This document shows, one piece after another, positions 35,586-48,328 of a DNA stretch of 64,000 bases. Where the stretch lies: assembly GCF_006345805.1 (NCBI RefSeq), contig NC_043001.1:30008001-30072000 (forward strand), given 5' to 3'. Below the pieces are notes generated by a model that saw only the letters and a program-made list of their open reading frames with translations, was not told the DNA's origin and searched no databases. How positions within the stretch are numbered: position 1 is the stretch's first letter; each line of letters opens with the position of its first letter. Both the position numbers and the translations under genes were made by a program. This DNA is from Octopus sinensis. Its lineage: Eukaryota.

Positions 35586-36620
35586 GGCCATGACTACAAT
35601 TTCACTTGGCTTCATCATCATCGTTTAACATCCGTTTTCCATGCTAGCATGGGTTGGACGATTCGACCAGGGTTTGGGAAGCCAGGAGGCTGCACCAGAC
35701 TCCAGTCTGATCTGGTAGTGTTTCTACAGCTGGATGCCCATCCTAATGCCAACCACTCCGTGAGTGTAGTGGGTGCTTTTCACATGCCACCGGCACAGGT
35801 GCCAGGCAAGGCAGCGCTGGCAACAGCCACGATCGGTTGGTGCTTTTTATGTGCCACTGGCATGGAAGCCAGTCAGGGCAGTGCTGGCATCGGCCATGTT
35901 CGGATGATGCTTTTTATGTGCCACCGGCACAGGTATCACAACTGCAATTTCCATTTGATTTTTTGATGTTGATGTACTTGACTCAATAGGTCTCTGAGTT
36001 CAAATTCCACTGTGGTCAACTTTGCCTTTCAGGGTCAGTAAAATAAGTACCAGTTGAACTCTGGGGTTGATGTAATCATCTTATCCCTCCCATAAAGTTG
36101 CTGGCCTTGTACCAAAATTTTAAATCAATATATGTTATTCATTTCAAATTTCTGATGGTTAGTGATTGTGAGGAAAACATAGATAAAGAGTAAATTTCGG
36201 ACGATAAAAAACTAGGGAGAGTGTTTGATGTGCTAATGGGGTGAGAGAAGGGTTATGATGAGTGGGTGTAGGTGAAGATGTTATGCAAGTGGCATTACCT
36301 GAAGAGCTGAAGCCATTGTGTGACAGTTGCAGAAACATTATGAGGGGATACTGATAAGTTATGTGCAAAAGTTTTCCTCTGAAGTCAGTAGCCTTGACTG
36401 TGTTTGTATATGAGGCAATATTTCCCTGAGGGAAATATTGCTTCATAAACACTTGATTTGATGAAGAAATACTAGACATATAAAATTATTACTTTGAAAT
36501 ATTATTATTTATATAAATAGAAATTAATTTTTTGTATGAAAGTATTGTAGTTCACTTGAAGCATTGTAATATCGAAGAAGGTAAAAAGAGAGAAAATAGC
36601 AAGCTTTTTACATGCGGAAG

Positions 36621-36777
36621 GTTTTATAAAACCTTTATATTTCAGGCTCAAAGGCCCATCTTCAGAAAACATATAAATGTTTTATAAAACTTTCTGCATT
36701 GTCAGGAGCATTCTATTTTCTTTCATTTTCTTCTGAAGATGGGCCTTTACACCTGAAATATAAAGGTTTTATAAAAC
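36621..36777. repeat. 47-bp inverted repeat pair, each arm a minimal hammerhead-like motif
   Basis: 36621..36667 vs 36731..36777 (44/47). Arm reads CTGAAGA-T-GGGC cttt(ga/ac) (G/A)CCT-GAAATATA. Confidence 0.6.
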
Positions 36778-37047
36778 TTCATTGTCAGAAGCTTTCTATT
36801 TTCTGTTTTTTTACCTATTTTTTTTACATATTTAAATTAAATTATCTTTAAATTATTAAAAAGTTCTGACGTATCTCAGGAGGGTTGGTCATTACGTTAA
36901 TAATAAACACACACACTGGTTCTGTTTCACTTCTTTTATTAATTTACTGCTTGATTAACTTTTTAGTCACTCAGCTAGGTTTGTTAAAGTTCTTTTGTTG
37001 CCATTCACAACTTCGTCAACATGCCTGCTCATTATTTTTTTTTTTAG

Positions 37048-37142
37048 TTACAGAACTTATTGAATATTTTTCTGAAAAAATTACCTGCAGAATTCAAGCA
37101 ACAAATGAGAGAATCAATCAAGAACCAACTTGTTAATCAAAG
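37048..37142 (+). CDS. PRKDC: DNA-PKcs exon 17 (0-2)
   Basis: tttttag|TTA CAG...AG|gtaaaa; LQNLLNIFLKKLPAEFKQQMRESIKNQLVNQ(R); a second in-frame acceptor would start the exon at 37054. Confidence 0.85.
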
Positions 37143-37193
37143 GTAAAATGCACGGTCTTTACATACTAAATATGGTTCATCAGATGTGCTGTG

Positions 37194-37418
37194 CGAGCTG
37201 GCAGAATCGTTAGCATGCCAGGCGAAATGCTTAGCGGTATTTCGTCTGCCTTTACGTTGTGAGTTCAAATTCCACCGAGATCGACTTTGCCTTTCATCCT
37301 TTTGGGGTCGATAAATTAAGTACCAGTTACGCACTGGGGTCAATGTAATTGACTTAATACCTATGTCTGTCCTTGTTTGTCCCTTCTGTGTTTAGCCCCT
37401 TGTGGGTAATAAAGAAAT
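37194..37418 (+). mobile_element. SINE family B, 12-bp TSD with 1 mismatch
   Basis: AGATGTGCTGTG 37182..37193 and AGATGTACTGTG 37419..37430. Confidence 0.9.
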
Positions 37419-38051
37419 AGATGTACTGTGTTTATTTACAGGAAAGTTTGAGGCAGAGCTCTGTAGTAAACAAGCTTGCACCCCAACCATGTTGCTATAG
37501 GTTCAGTCCCACTATGTGGCACCTTACACCTGTATCTTCTAAAGTCCCAGGCTAAACAAAGCCTGTATGTGGTTTTGGTTGATGGAAGCTGAAAGAAGCC
37601 TGCTGTGTGTGCGCATATATCCACTTGTCTTGAAATTGTGTGATGGCTGTAAACTGACATCACCATCATGCAAGCGGTGTCCTGTGTCCTTAATTTCCAA
37701 CTGCCCATGAAAACAACATGTCTGGTCATGCAGAAATATTGTCTAGCTTAGAAACTAGTGAGAGTTGATGACAGGAAGGTCATCTGGTTATAGAAAATCT
37801 TTCTTGATGAATTAAGTCTGATCTGTGCAAGCAAGGGAAAGGGACATTAAAACAGTGCTGACAGTTGTAGTAGTAGTAGTAGTAGTAGTAGTAGCAGCAG
37901 CAGCAGCATTGGTCGTCTTGTTTTGTTGTAGTCAAGGGCTCTTCGTTGGCTCCCGACACCACTTGGCATAAATACAAAAGTATCTCTCAGACAAGCACAT
38001 ATATTTTATGTTTCAGCTGTATATAACAAAATTTACTTTTGTATTTTACAG

Positions 38052-38214
38052 GGATCTTTTGACAGTCCTTCCAATTCATCTGAAATCTCCAAACACCAAT
38101 TACTTCAAACTTCAGCAACTGTTGACTGGTTACCGTATCTTAAATAAAGTGAAGTTGCTGGGTGATATGAATCTTGAAAGTTTAGCTGCAAAACTGTTCC
38201 ATAACGTTTCCCAG
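38052..38214 (+). CDS. PRKDC: DNA-PKcs exon 18 (2-0)
   Basis: ttacag|G...CAG|gtagag; DLLTVLPIHLKSPNTNYFKLQQLLTGYRILNKVKLLGDMNLESLAAKLFHNVSQ. Confidence 0.88.
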
Positions 38215-39275
38215 GTAGAGATTGCAATACTTCTTTTAGTTATGAGTGCTGGCATGATTGCATGGTTAAGAAATTTACTTCATGAGTACAAGGTATCAAA
38301 ATTCCATCTTTTACATCTGTTACATCTTGAGCAAGTGTCCAATTCAGTAACCTTAGATTGACCAGTACTTCAACAATTGGAATTTGCTTCAGGAAACTGT
38401 GCAAAATCCCAACATGCAGACACACACACACACACACACATAGAGTATACAAGGAGTTTTCATCAACTGACATTAATAGGTATGTATTATGACTGCTCAG
38501 ATTGGTTTTTACCTCTGAAAGTACAACTGAAAAGTGTGGTGTAGAGGCTGCCCATCAAAGACAGTTACAAGTGGTTTCTCCTTGAGAAGATTGATATAGA
38601 TTAAAATAAAAAAAATAAAAAAGCAAAACGTCTGGCATCATTTGAAAACATATGTTTATATTCTTTCATCCTCATCATCATCATCATCACCTTTATCTAA
38701 ATTAGATGTTTTTGGATGATGCGAAATGTTCGTTTTTTTTTAAATCTTAATCTCTCATTTTTTAAATCTTAATCTCTCTCTCTCTCTCTCTCTCTTCATC
38801 ATCATCATCATCGTTTAACGTCTGCTTTCCATGCTAGCATGGGTTGGATAATTTGACTGGGGTCTGGCGAACCAGATGGCTGCACCAGACTCCAATCTGA
38901 TCTGGCAGAGTTTCTACAGCTGGATGCCCTTCCTAATGCCAACCACTCCGAGAGTGTAGTGGGTGCTTTTACGTGCCACTTGCATGAGGGCCAGTCAGGC
39001 AGTACTGGCAATGGCAATGCTCAAATGGTGTTTTTTATGTGCCACCGGCACATATATATTTCTTTTGCTGATGTTGACAAAGGATGCAAACATCAGCAAG
39101 AAAATTGAAAAGAAAACAATACTTTTCAAATTAAGTCTCAAATATCTATTCTTCATGGATCTTCACTCTAAGGATAATTTCTCTTACCGATTTTAGAAAT
39201 CCTGAAATTGACCATGAGGGTTGTCTTTGTTCTTTGACTAATCAATTAAAAAAAAATAGTGATTGTCAGTTCTAT

Positions 39276-39432
39276 TATGGGCAGTAATTTTAACCAATGG
39301 GATACCAGTAATTATGCTTGTTCAGGCAAACTTTTGTCAAAGAAATCTTTCACGAAATAAAGTTCTTAGAATTCGTATATGGGCAGTAATTTTAACCAAT
39401 GAGATACCAACACTTATGCTTGTTCAGGCAAA
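39276..39432. repeat. 55-bp direct repeat, period 102
   Basis: tatgggcagtaattttaaccaatg..cttgttcaggcaaa at 39276..39330 and 39378..39432. Confidence 0.8.
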
Positions 39433-39927
39433 TGAACATTACGTCATATTGCTGCCTTTTATGACTTGCTACACTATGAACAAATTAGTATTAACATATT
39501 TACAAACAATATTCTTCTTTGTTGATTGTTTTCAGTGCCAAAGTAGTTATGAGCAGACATAGACATAGATACCTTCTTAGACCTATTCACCCAGCAGAAC
39601 ATCATGTGTTACAGTTGGTGGGAGCAAGGGTTGCACCAACACCCAGCTAGTACTCATCACTGGCTGAGGAGACTGAAGCAATGTGAAATGAAGTGCCACC
39701 CATCCCAGGAATTGAACCCTGAATCTTATGATCACAAGCCAAGTATCAAACCACTAAGCCAGAAACATTGCCAGATCAGACTGGGCCTGGTGCAGCCTTC
39801 TGGCTTCCCAGACCCCAGTTGAACCATCCAACCCATGCCAGCATGGAAAGCAGATGCTAAACGATGATGATGATATATATATTTGTGTGTTCTGAATCAC
39901 AGTAATGATTCTTCATATTGGTGAAAA

Positions 39928-40094
39928 CAAGGCCGTGGAGTCAAAACAAAAAGCTTGGACTCTGACTCCTCTACCATTGGTACCTCCGACTCTGACTCCT
40001 CTATGTAATTAAGTGATTGTGGTCTATTTTACCGACTCCGACTCCAGTTACCCCTTAATTGTTTCACAACTCTGACTCCAACTCCACAGCCTTG
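39928..40094. mobile_element. MITE with CAAGGC(C/T)GTGGAGT TIRs and GACTC(C/T) subterminal repeats
   Basis: 14-bp TIR with 1 mismatch; no clear TSD. Confidence 0.6.
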
Positions 40095-42039
40095 ATAAAA
40101 GCCAACAAATTTATAGAAGAGGTGTATTATTGATTGAAATAACTTCAGCATATTCAATATAGGCGCAGGAGTGGCTGTGTGGTAAGGAGCTTGCTTACCA
40201 ACCACATGGTTCCAAGTTCAGTCCCACTGCGTGGCACCTTGGGCAAGTGCCTGCTACTATAGCCTCGGACCGACCAAAGCCTTGTGAGTGGATTTGGTTG
40301 ATGGAAACTCAATGAAGCCTGTCGTATATATGTATATATATGTGTGTGTCTGTGTTTGTCCCCCAACATCGCTTGACAACCAATGCTGGTGTGTTTATGT
40401 CCCTGTAACTTAGCGGTTCAGCAAAAGAGACCGATAGAAAAAGTACTAGGCTTACAAAGAATAAGTCCTTGGGTCGATTTCTTCAACTAAAGGGTGGTGC
40501 TCCAGCATGGCCACAGTCAAATGACTGAAACAAGTAAAAGAGTAATATGTCTGGTGTTATTTGATTAACCTTAACATTCAATGCCAAGTTGAAATTAAAA
40601 CTCAAAGACAAATGTGCTCCATCCTGAAACATCAGGTTCCTCTTCTCCTGTAGCTTCTAAACTTATCCAGTCTCACAAACTTCTTTATATATCAAACAGT
40701 TAGATGATGTACAGGGATTCCTCGACTTGTGTGAGTAATTGGGGGACGTGCAAGTCGAGTACCAGATATTGTTTTCTATAAATATTTTCCGGGATAACTG
40801 CTAAATATTGTTATATTAAAGAAACACTTGGAGAAAGTATTGAATGAACTTTCTTTCTACCTGAAACCAAAAAACTTTTATTGGTGACTGCTTTGTACGA
40901 ATACAAATTACAAGCGCAAGTCGAGAATACAACTCGTGCAACCTGAACACTCGGTATCAAAAGTTGGCTCGCGCAAGTCAAGGAATCCCTGTATTTTGCA
41001 TTACTTGCTACTGAATTTGAAACTGCTACCCATTAGTTGATACCTGATGCACTTTGTCGTTCAGTATACTAAATTTTTGGAGGGCAGGTGCATAAAAGAG
41101 TGCTTAGCTGTAATTGTAGAGGTAACCTGTGGAAGGGGTAGACCCAGGAAGATGTGGTACAAAGTGGTGAGAAAGGATCTTTGGATGCTGGGCCTCTCTG
41201 AAGAAATTACAAGGGACCGGGAATTATGGTGATTTGCTGTACTTGAGAAAATGTGCCAAGCTAAGTGAAATCACTGTCGTTCATGCATACAGACATGTCC
41301 TTTACCGGTGCCAGTGTCACACAAAATGCACTCATGCTGGTACTGTGTAAACTCACCCATGCTGGTGGCATATAATAGGCACCCAGTACACTCTGTTAAG
41401 TGGTTGGTGTTAGGAAGGGCATCCAGCCACAGAAACCATGCCACCATAAACAACAGGAGTCAGGACATCTACATGTCAAATTGTCCAACCCATGCCAGCA
41501 TGGAAAACAGACATTGATGATGATGACTAAGTTCAATAAAATAAAGGTTGATAAGACTGATGTGTTTATTGCATTAATCTACCTAGTTTCTAATTGACTG
41601 TGAATAATAAATAGATAAATGCACCTTTTTAAAGCCTAGCCAGGCTCATGGACCCGGTTTCCTGGTTTCTATGGCATATGTGTTCCCCAGCTGGACGGGA
41701 CGCCTGTCCATCACAGCGTTACTCATTTTTGCCAGCTGAGTGGACTGGAACAATGTGAAATGAAGTGTTTTGCTCAAGAACACAACGCGTCACTCGGTCC
41801 AGGAATCGAAACCACAATCTTGCGATCATGGTGCTGACACCCTAACCACTAAGCCACGCGCCTCCAGTAATTGACTGTGAATATTATAGTAAATTGCAAA
41901 TGGACTTGCCACTACCATTGGGTTTTAGTAATTATGGTAATTGTAAGCAAAATGCTTTATCATCCTTTCACACCACCCAATATTGAAAACTTTAAATATT
42001 TGATGATTTGACATTTTATGAATTCATTTTTCTTTACAG

Positions 42040-42150
42040 AATATTGTTACTCATTCAGATGATAATCAACTCACATCCAGAACATTAACACCAACTGAAT
42101 TATCTTTGACCCAAACATTATTAGAGCTTGCAATACAACTGTCAATGCCT
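42040..42150 (+). CDS. PRKDC: DNA-PKcs exon 19 (0-0)
   Basis: ttacag|AAT...CCT|gtatgt; NIVTHSDDNQLTSRTLTPTELSLTQTLLELAIQLSMP. Confidence 0.87.
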
Positions 42151-42577
42151 GTATGTAATTATATCAGACTTTTTTTTTTTCTTAAATTAACTACATTTCT
42201 ATCGTGTTATTTTTTGTGTGTGTATGTGTGTGTTTCTTTTCTTCTTTCCTCCTCATGTTTTCATAAAATACTTTTGGTAAAAAAAAAAAAAAACCCTATT
42301 TGAAAGTTTCACTTCTTTAAAACATTATTTTTTTAAACATTTTCTTGATTCCTTACAAATGTACCAAATATTTTGGGTGAAAGATTTCTACTTTTTTGTT
42401 TTATGTTGGCTTTATATTCTGAAATTATTTGTTCTCATCTCAAATTTACTGAATTATTTGACAGTAAAATAAAAAATGGCAAAAGGAGAAAATTTATGAG
42501 ATCTTTCATTAAAATGACTTACATCAAAATTTTACATTAAGATATTTTCTCTATATTTATTTCTTTCTGTTGCACAG

Positions 42578-42810
42578 ATCAACGAATTTATGGCAGTTAT
42601 GTTTACTGAAGAAGCCCATCAACAGAATACAAGTTGTGGAAAGATTTTATTGTGCATTTTCAAACAAGAAGTGTCAGGTTACATCATTGAGCATGCAGCA
42701 GAATTAATTCCTTTAATAATGGCTAAATCTGACAGCAATTCTCAAATTGTTGGTCATATATTGATATCAGTACTTGATATCTTGAAGCACAAAAGTTTTA
42801 GATGGAAACA
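42578..42810 (+). CDS. PRKDC: DNA-PKcs exon 20 (0-2)
   Basis: gcacag|ATC...CA|gtaagt; INEFMAVMFTEEAHQQNTSCGKILLCIFKQEVSGYIIEHAAELIPLIMAKSDSNSQIVGHILISVLDILKHKSFRWK. Confidence 0.88.
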
Positions 42811-43030
42811 GTAAGTTTCACAGTAACTTCTAATTATACATCGTTAAGAAAAAGAATAGGAAAAGATCAATTCAACCCATTCCATCTAATCTAAACATTA
42901 TATCAACTAATGCAATATAATATCTAAGAAAATGCTTTTGGACAAAAACTCTAGGGTGACTTAAAAAAAGATCATTTTATTAAAATATGTTTATCACTTA
43001 AAAACCATCACAGTTTGATTTATCATCTAA

Positions 43031-43447
43031 CTAGCAGTATCGCCCAGCATTGCTCGGGTTTGTTTCGACCCTTTAAGATTAGAATTTTTGAAAAGTAAAA
43101 ATTTTGCATTATGTAGCTTGTTATTCTCTTTAAGTGAACATTTTTCTCGTTGAAATACACCGAAAAATGGTGACACAGCAGTAAAAAAATCGTTAAAAAT
43201 AGGAATTTTCATAGAAAAAAAAGCACTTTTTTGATGTAAATAATTTTTGATGTAAATAATTTTTGGTGTTAACATGGTCTGATTTGAATTTTATCTCCTA
43301 TGAAATGAAGAGCAAGCCTTCTTCTATCATAATCTCAATTTTTATCAACTTGCGCCGCTGGGTCTCGGAGGAGATAGTGTTAGTTGAAGGCTACCAAACC
43401 TGCCATACACACACACACACAGACAACTTCAGCTTTATATATATAGA
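43031..43447 (-). mobile_element. short non-autonomous Helitron-type element
   Basis: Minus strand A|TCTATATAT...CAAACCCGAGCAATGCTGGGCGATACTGCTAG|T; 3' end nearly the same as 5715..6112. Weaker relatives at 45538..45805(-), ~60023..60392(-) and ~60600(+). Confidence 0.72.
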
Positions 43448-44378
43448 TTCTTCAAACACAATATGTAACCACTTGCCACCAGTGTACTAATGCAGTTAAT
43501 AGTTACCATGGGATATATTTGCTATGCATTTTGTATTTCATAAGTCTCAGGCAATGAAGTGTATACAACAGTTGGTTGATATCTCAGGGTTATTTCCTTC
43601 AGTATCTTCATTTTCACAGGTTTGTTGGTGTTGATATGTTAACTTATTTTATACTCAAGTATAATGCTATCTATCAGTTTTGACCCTGTTTTTATTGTTT
43701 TGATTTTTATGTATTGCAAATTCTTTGCAATGTACATGAGTAGATAAGGTAAGCTTTATTCTCTCTGTTGTTATCTCCTATATAGTTGTTTAGATTTTTT
43801 TCATTTGATGATATCATTTTGAATCTGAAGGATATCACACAGCTACAGCAATCATGGAGATTACTGCTTACATCAAAGAGAGTGTATGTAGTAACAAGGA
43901 CTATTACTCAGTCATTGCCATTTTAGTTAAGAAGTTTGCATTGCAATCATGTGGTGCTGAGTTAGCTCAGCTCTTTCAGTATCTTTTATCATAAGCCTCT
44001 AGTTGGCTGAAACCATGTAAGTGAAACTGGTTGGAAGAAACTCTACAGAAGCCTGTGGAATGTACTATACTCTTTGAAAGTGGTGCGCTCTAACCTGTTG
44101 TCTAACTTAACAACACTACCTGGTTTTTGAGTACTTTTAGTGAAGTCCACTCTGCTGTATACATTCAGATCAAGTCTCAGTTATCTGAAGATAACTGCCC
44201 CCCTTCTTCCTATCAATTATGGGGGCCCTGTAAGGAGTCATGGCATTGCATTTCTTTATCTGATTAAACCATATAAAAAAAAATTGAATTGAAAGTAAAA
44301 GTTTAGAATGTCTGATGCAAGTAACAGAGAAATTAGGATTCTTGTTTAAGTGAGATATCTATATGTTCCGTTTAACAG

Positions 44379-44511
44379 TGCTTCACAAGTTTGTGACATT
44401 ATTTTAAAAAATTTGAATATGATTGAAAATTGGTGGAGAGATGACGCATCAGAAGATACACAGAGAATCACTTTTGATATCTTACTTGGAATCCTTCGTC
44501 TAGACTCAAAG
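44379..44511 (+). CDS. PRKDC: DNA-PKcs exon 21 (2-0)
   Basis: taacag|T...AAG|gtaagc; ASQVCDIILKNLNMIENWWRDDASEDTQRITFDILLGILRLDSK. Confidence 0.92.
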
Positions 44512-45974
44512 GTAAGCTCACACAGTTGTTGTTTCAGAATCTGTTGAAGCTATGTTGGGTTTAAATCTTAAAAAGAAAAATCTTGTGTAGATAGGAGGGT
44601 GGGTTGTGAATAGAGAAACAAAAGCAACTTCTGCAGATTAACACTTTTAAGAAAACCATTCATTTTGTACAAAGCTAATATTGTAATAGCTGCTTGAACT
44701 ATTTAATATTCTATTCCGTGGCTGATTCACAAATACTTTCATTTTGATTTGTAGAAAATGAAATTTTGCTAAAATAAAATTGATTGTCAAGCCTGTTTTA
44801 ACCCTTTAACGTTCAAATTTCTCTGTCAAATATAATGCTTATTTATTCCCATTGATATAAATTAGTAATACATTGCCTTGTAGCTTTGAGGTTTCAGTGA
44901 CATGATTATCTATTTTCAGAATAATATTGAAAGGTAAGTGTGAGAGTCTGATCAATTTGAAGATAAAACAGATTTATTTTAGCTGGACATGACCAGTTTA
45001 AAATGCTAAAGGGTTAATGTGAGAAATAAGCATATAACTGAAAAATATGTTTCTCTTTTACTTACACAGTTATGTTAACAAGCCTGAACATACATATCAG
45101 TTCTGTGTATTCTGGATTGCAACAGCAGAATATACTTACCTTACTTAGCTTCACCGTACAATATAACATTCTATTTGTCATTAACAGACAGGCAGGGTTT
45201 ACTCGCTCTGTGTATAGATCAAACAAAATCTAAGTGCAAAAGCATGACCTGAGTTGCCTACACTCTCGGTCTACCATTAGTGCTGCATCATTTGCATAAA
45301 GAAACTCCCAGAAGTTTCTCTTCAAAAATTTTCGTAATTTTTTTTTAACTCTTTAGCATTTAAATATCTGGACAAAATATTCTACCTGTTTTAGTTTCAA
45401 AATAGCTAAATCCGGCCTCTCCTACACTTACTATATACAATGTCATTCTAAATATAAATAACAAGCAACCCCACCCCACCCTGTCCAATGGATGGTGCTG
45501 AGTTGTCAAACATTTAAACCAAATTTTCTCAAAACAACTAGGCCTCCCCTTTGAGAAACACTGATTTAACCTAAATTTGAGACACCAGCAAAAGAAGGAA
45601 TAAAAATAGACTTTTTTCTATTCCAAAGAATGCTTTATCGATCGCATTCCCACCTGGAATCGATTTTTGCAATATTTTCGAGACTTATACACGCCCTGAT
45701 ACCGTCGCTATCTACATATTCAAATTTGAGCGCAATCAGATGGAGGATGCCCGAGATCCTAGAAGACACACACACACACAGACAGAATGGATTTTATATA
45801 ATAGATAATATCATTGAAATCCAGGAGCTGTAACATAATGCATGATTAATTCAAAACAGTATGAATAAATAGGCATTGCTTTCTCAGAGTAACACGAATG
45901 TTAAAAAGGGTTGATATTAAATTACTTAAATGCATCTTTTTCAGGAGTATAATCTTCCTTTTTAATTTTTTCAG

Positions 45975-46067
45975 GTTCTTTCCGATGGTCAAAATCCTAC
46001 TTGTGAGTTGCTGCACAAGTTCTTTTATATACTTTTGTCGAAAAAAACTGTAGCATCTTCCTTCAAG
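45975..46067 (+). CDS. PRKDC: DNA-PKcs exon 22 (0-0)
   Basis: tttcag|GTT...AAG|gtaag; VLSDGQNPTCELLHKFFYILLSKKTVASSFK. Confidence 0.85.
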
Positions 46068-46924
46068 GTAAGAATTTAAAATAAATAAAACATGCATTAT
46101 TAAATAATCTTATTAATTATGTATATATCTATGTGTGTCTTTGTGTTTGTATCTGTTCCCCACCCCAACTGCTTGACAACCAGTTTTGGTGTGTTTACAT
46201 GCCCATAACTTGACGGTTTAGCAAAAGAAACTTATAAAATAAGTACCAGGCTTTAAAGAGAAGTAAGTCCTGGGATACTATGTTTATCTAAAACTCATCA
46301 AGGCAGTACCCCAGAATAGCCACAGTCATATGACTGAAAACTCGGGTAAGTTCCAGCCTCGTGAATGTGCAAACCAAACACATTTTTAGGTAGGGAATTC
46401 TATCAACTTTACATACAACCATGGAGATTTATGTCCTTGTACATCATCATCATCATTTAACGTCCGTTTTCCATGCTAGCATGGGCTGGACGGTTCAACT
46501 GGGGTCTGGGAAGCCAGAAGGCTGCACCAGGCTCCACTCTGATCTGGCAGTGTTTGTACGGCTGGATGCCCTTCCTAACGCCAACCACTCCGTGAGTGTA
46601 GTGGGTGCTTTTTACGTGCCACCTGCACAGGTGCCAGACGAGGCTGCCAAACGGCCACGATCGGATGGTGCTTTTTACGTGCCACCAGCACAGAGGCCAG
46701 TCACGGTGGCACTGGCAACGGCCACATTTGGAAGGTTCTCTTACGTGCCATCGGCACTGGTATCACAGTAGGAAATCATTTTTTTAGCCAAGCTCCTCCT
46801 GGATCAGTTATTACTGATGTGTTCACTAGTTATGATTCTAGTTCTACAGAATTCCATACATTAAATAATTTAGGTAATTGTTTAGTTTAGTTATATAAAA
46901 AAGTAAATAAAAATTACGCGGGAG

Positions 46925-47278
46925 ATAAGTAGTGAAAGAAGCAAAGGGACATTGGGTATTCGTTGGCATAGAGAGATTCTCAAGAAAGTGTTTTTTGATT
47001 GAAGTACCTGACCACACAGAAGAAACTTTAACTAAACTGATACAAAGGTGGATTTTACCTGGGTCTCACATAGTCAGCAATGGATGGCAAGCATATATAA
47101 TAACATCAGTATCCTCAATGGTGGTGCCTACATGCATGAGGTAATTATACATCAACAACATTTTGTTGATCCACATGATTCAGATGTCCACACACAAAAT
47201 GTGAAAAATATGTGGATGTAGGTAAAACAGAAGTTGAGACGACAATTTGGGACATTGGACAAATTGTTTGTTTCATAT
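46925..47278 (+). pseudogene. Merlin / ISXO2 (IS1595-like) DDE transposase relic
   Basis: WVFVGIERFSRKCFLIEV..TLTKLIQRWILPGSHIVSNGWQAY, frameshift, then HQQHFVDPH..VHTQNVKNMW. Confidence 0.78.
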
Positions 47279-47673
47279 AGGCGCAGGAGTGGCTGTGTGG
47301 TAAGTAGCTTGCTTACCAACCACATGGTTCTGGGTTCAGTCCCACTGCATAGCAACTTGGGCAAGTGTCTTCTATTATAGCCTTGGGCCAACCAAAGCCT
47401 TGTGAGTGGATTTGGTAGACGGAAACTGAAAGAAGCCTGTCGTATATATGTATATATATGTGTATGTGTGTGTATATGTTGTGTATCTGTGTTTTATACC
47501 CACATCACTTGACAACAGATGCTGGTGTGTTTAGGTCCCCGTAACTTAGCAGTTTGGCAAAAGAGACCGAAAGAATAAGTCCTGGGGTCGATTTGATTTG
47601 ACTAAATGTGGTGCTCCAGCATGGCTGCAGTCAAATGACTGAAACAAGTAAAAGGGTAAAGATTATCTGCATG

Positions 47674-47909
47674 TCGGCAAGCTGGCAGAAACGTTAGCAC
47701 ACTGGGCGAAATGTGTAGCCGTATTTCGTCTGCCGTTACGTTCTGAGTTCAAATTCTGCCGAGGTCGACTTTGCCTTTCATCCTTTCGAGATCGATTAAA
47801 TAAGTACCAGTTACGCACTGGGGTCGATATAATCGACTTAATCCGTTTGTCTGTCCTTGTTTGTCCCCTCCCCCTCTGTGTTTAGCCCCTTGTGGGTAGT
47901 AAAGAAATA
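47674..47909 (+). mobile_element. SINE family B, 19-bp TSD
   Basis: GGTAAAGATTATCTGCATG at 47655..47673 and 47910..47928. Confidence 0.93.
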
Positions 47910-48156
47910 GGTAAAGATTATCTGCATGAGTTTCTCTGATGTAATTCCACTGAGAAAAAGAAGACATTTGTTCACTTTCTGGCAGCAATCGCCAGTCTTA
48001 ACGACTGTATAAAAAGTAAGCTGTTTCTTTTTCTACTTATCTCTCCTTAATTTTATTTACTTTTATTTACTGAACAATTACCAATAATTTATATATATAT
48101 CGCCATGATAAATCGTTAGCCACTACACACATTTCTTCTCTCCTTGTTTTTTCTGT

Positions 48157-48198
48157 GTCCCTTTCTGTAGAAGAGCGTAGGCTCGAAACGTAAAAGAC
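48157..48198 (+). ncRNA. degenerate minimal type I hammerhead-like motif (A6U)
   Basis: gtcccttt-CTGTAGA-A-GAGC gtag GCTC-GAAAC-GTA-aaagac; lies in a pLTR-like segment (~48075..48300) bounded by (TA)n. Confidence 0.5.
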
Positions 48199-48328
48199 TT
48201 TTTTCTGTTCCTGAGCATTATACTAATACATCTGTTTGTTTTGTACACCACCTGTCTTCGTCTTTTGTTTTTTTCGTAAACTCTCCCTATATATATATAT
48301 ACTTTATTTTAAGCAGCAGAAAATTCAA

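Noticed and set aside
36299-36345. CTGAAGA...GAAACATTA as a hammerhead
   Set aside because: Stem II is out of register with GAAA and stem III does not pair.
44179-44198. Perfect 9-bp hairpin CAGTTATCT-GA-AGATAACTG containing CTGAAGA
   Set aside because: No downstream GAAA half; too short to distinguish from a chance or junction palindrome.
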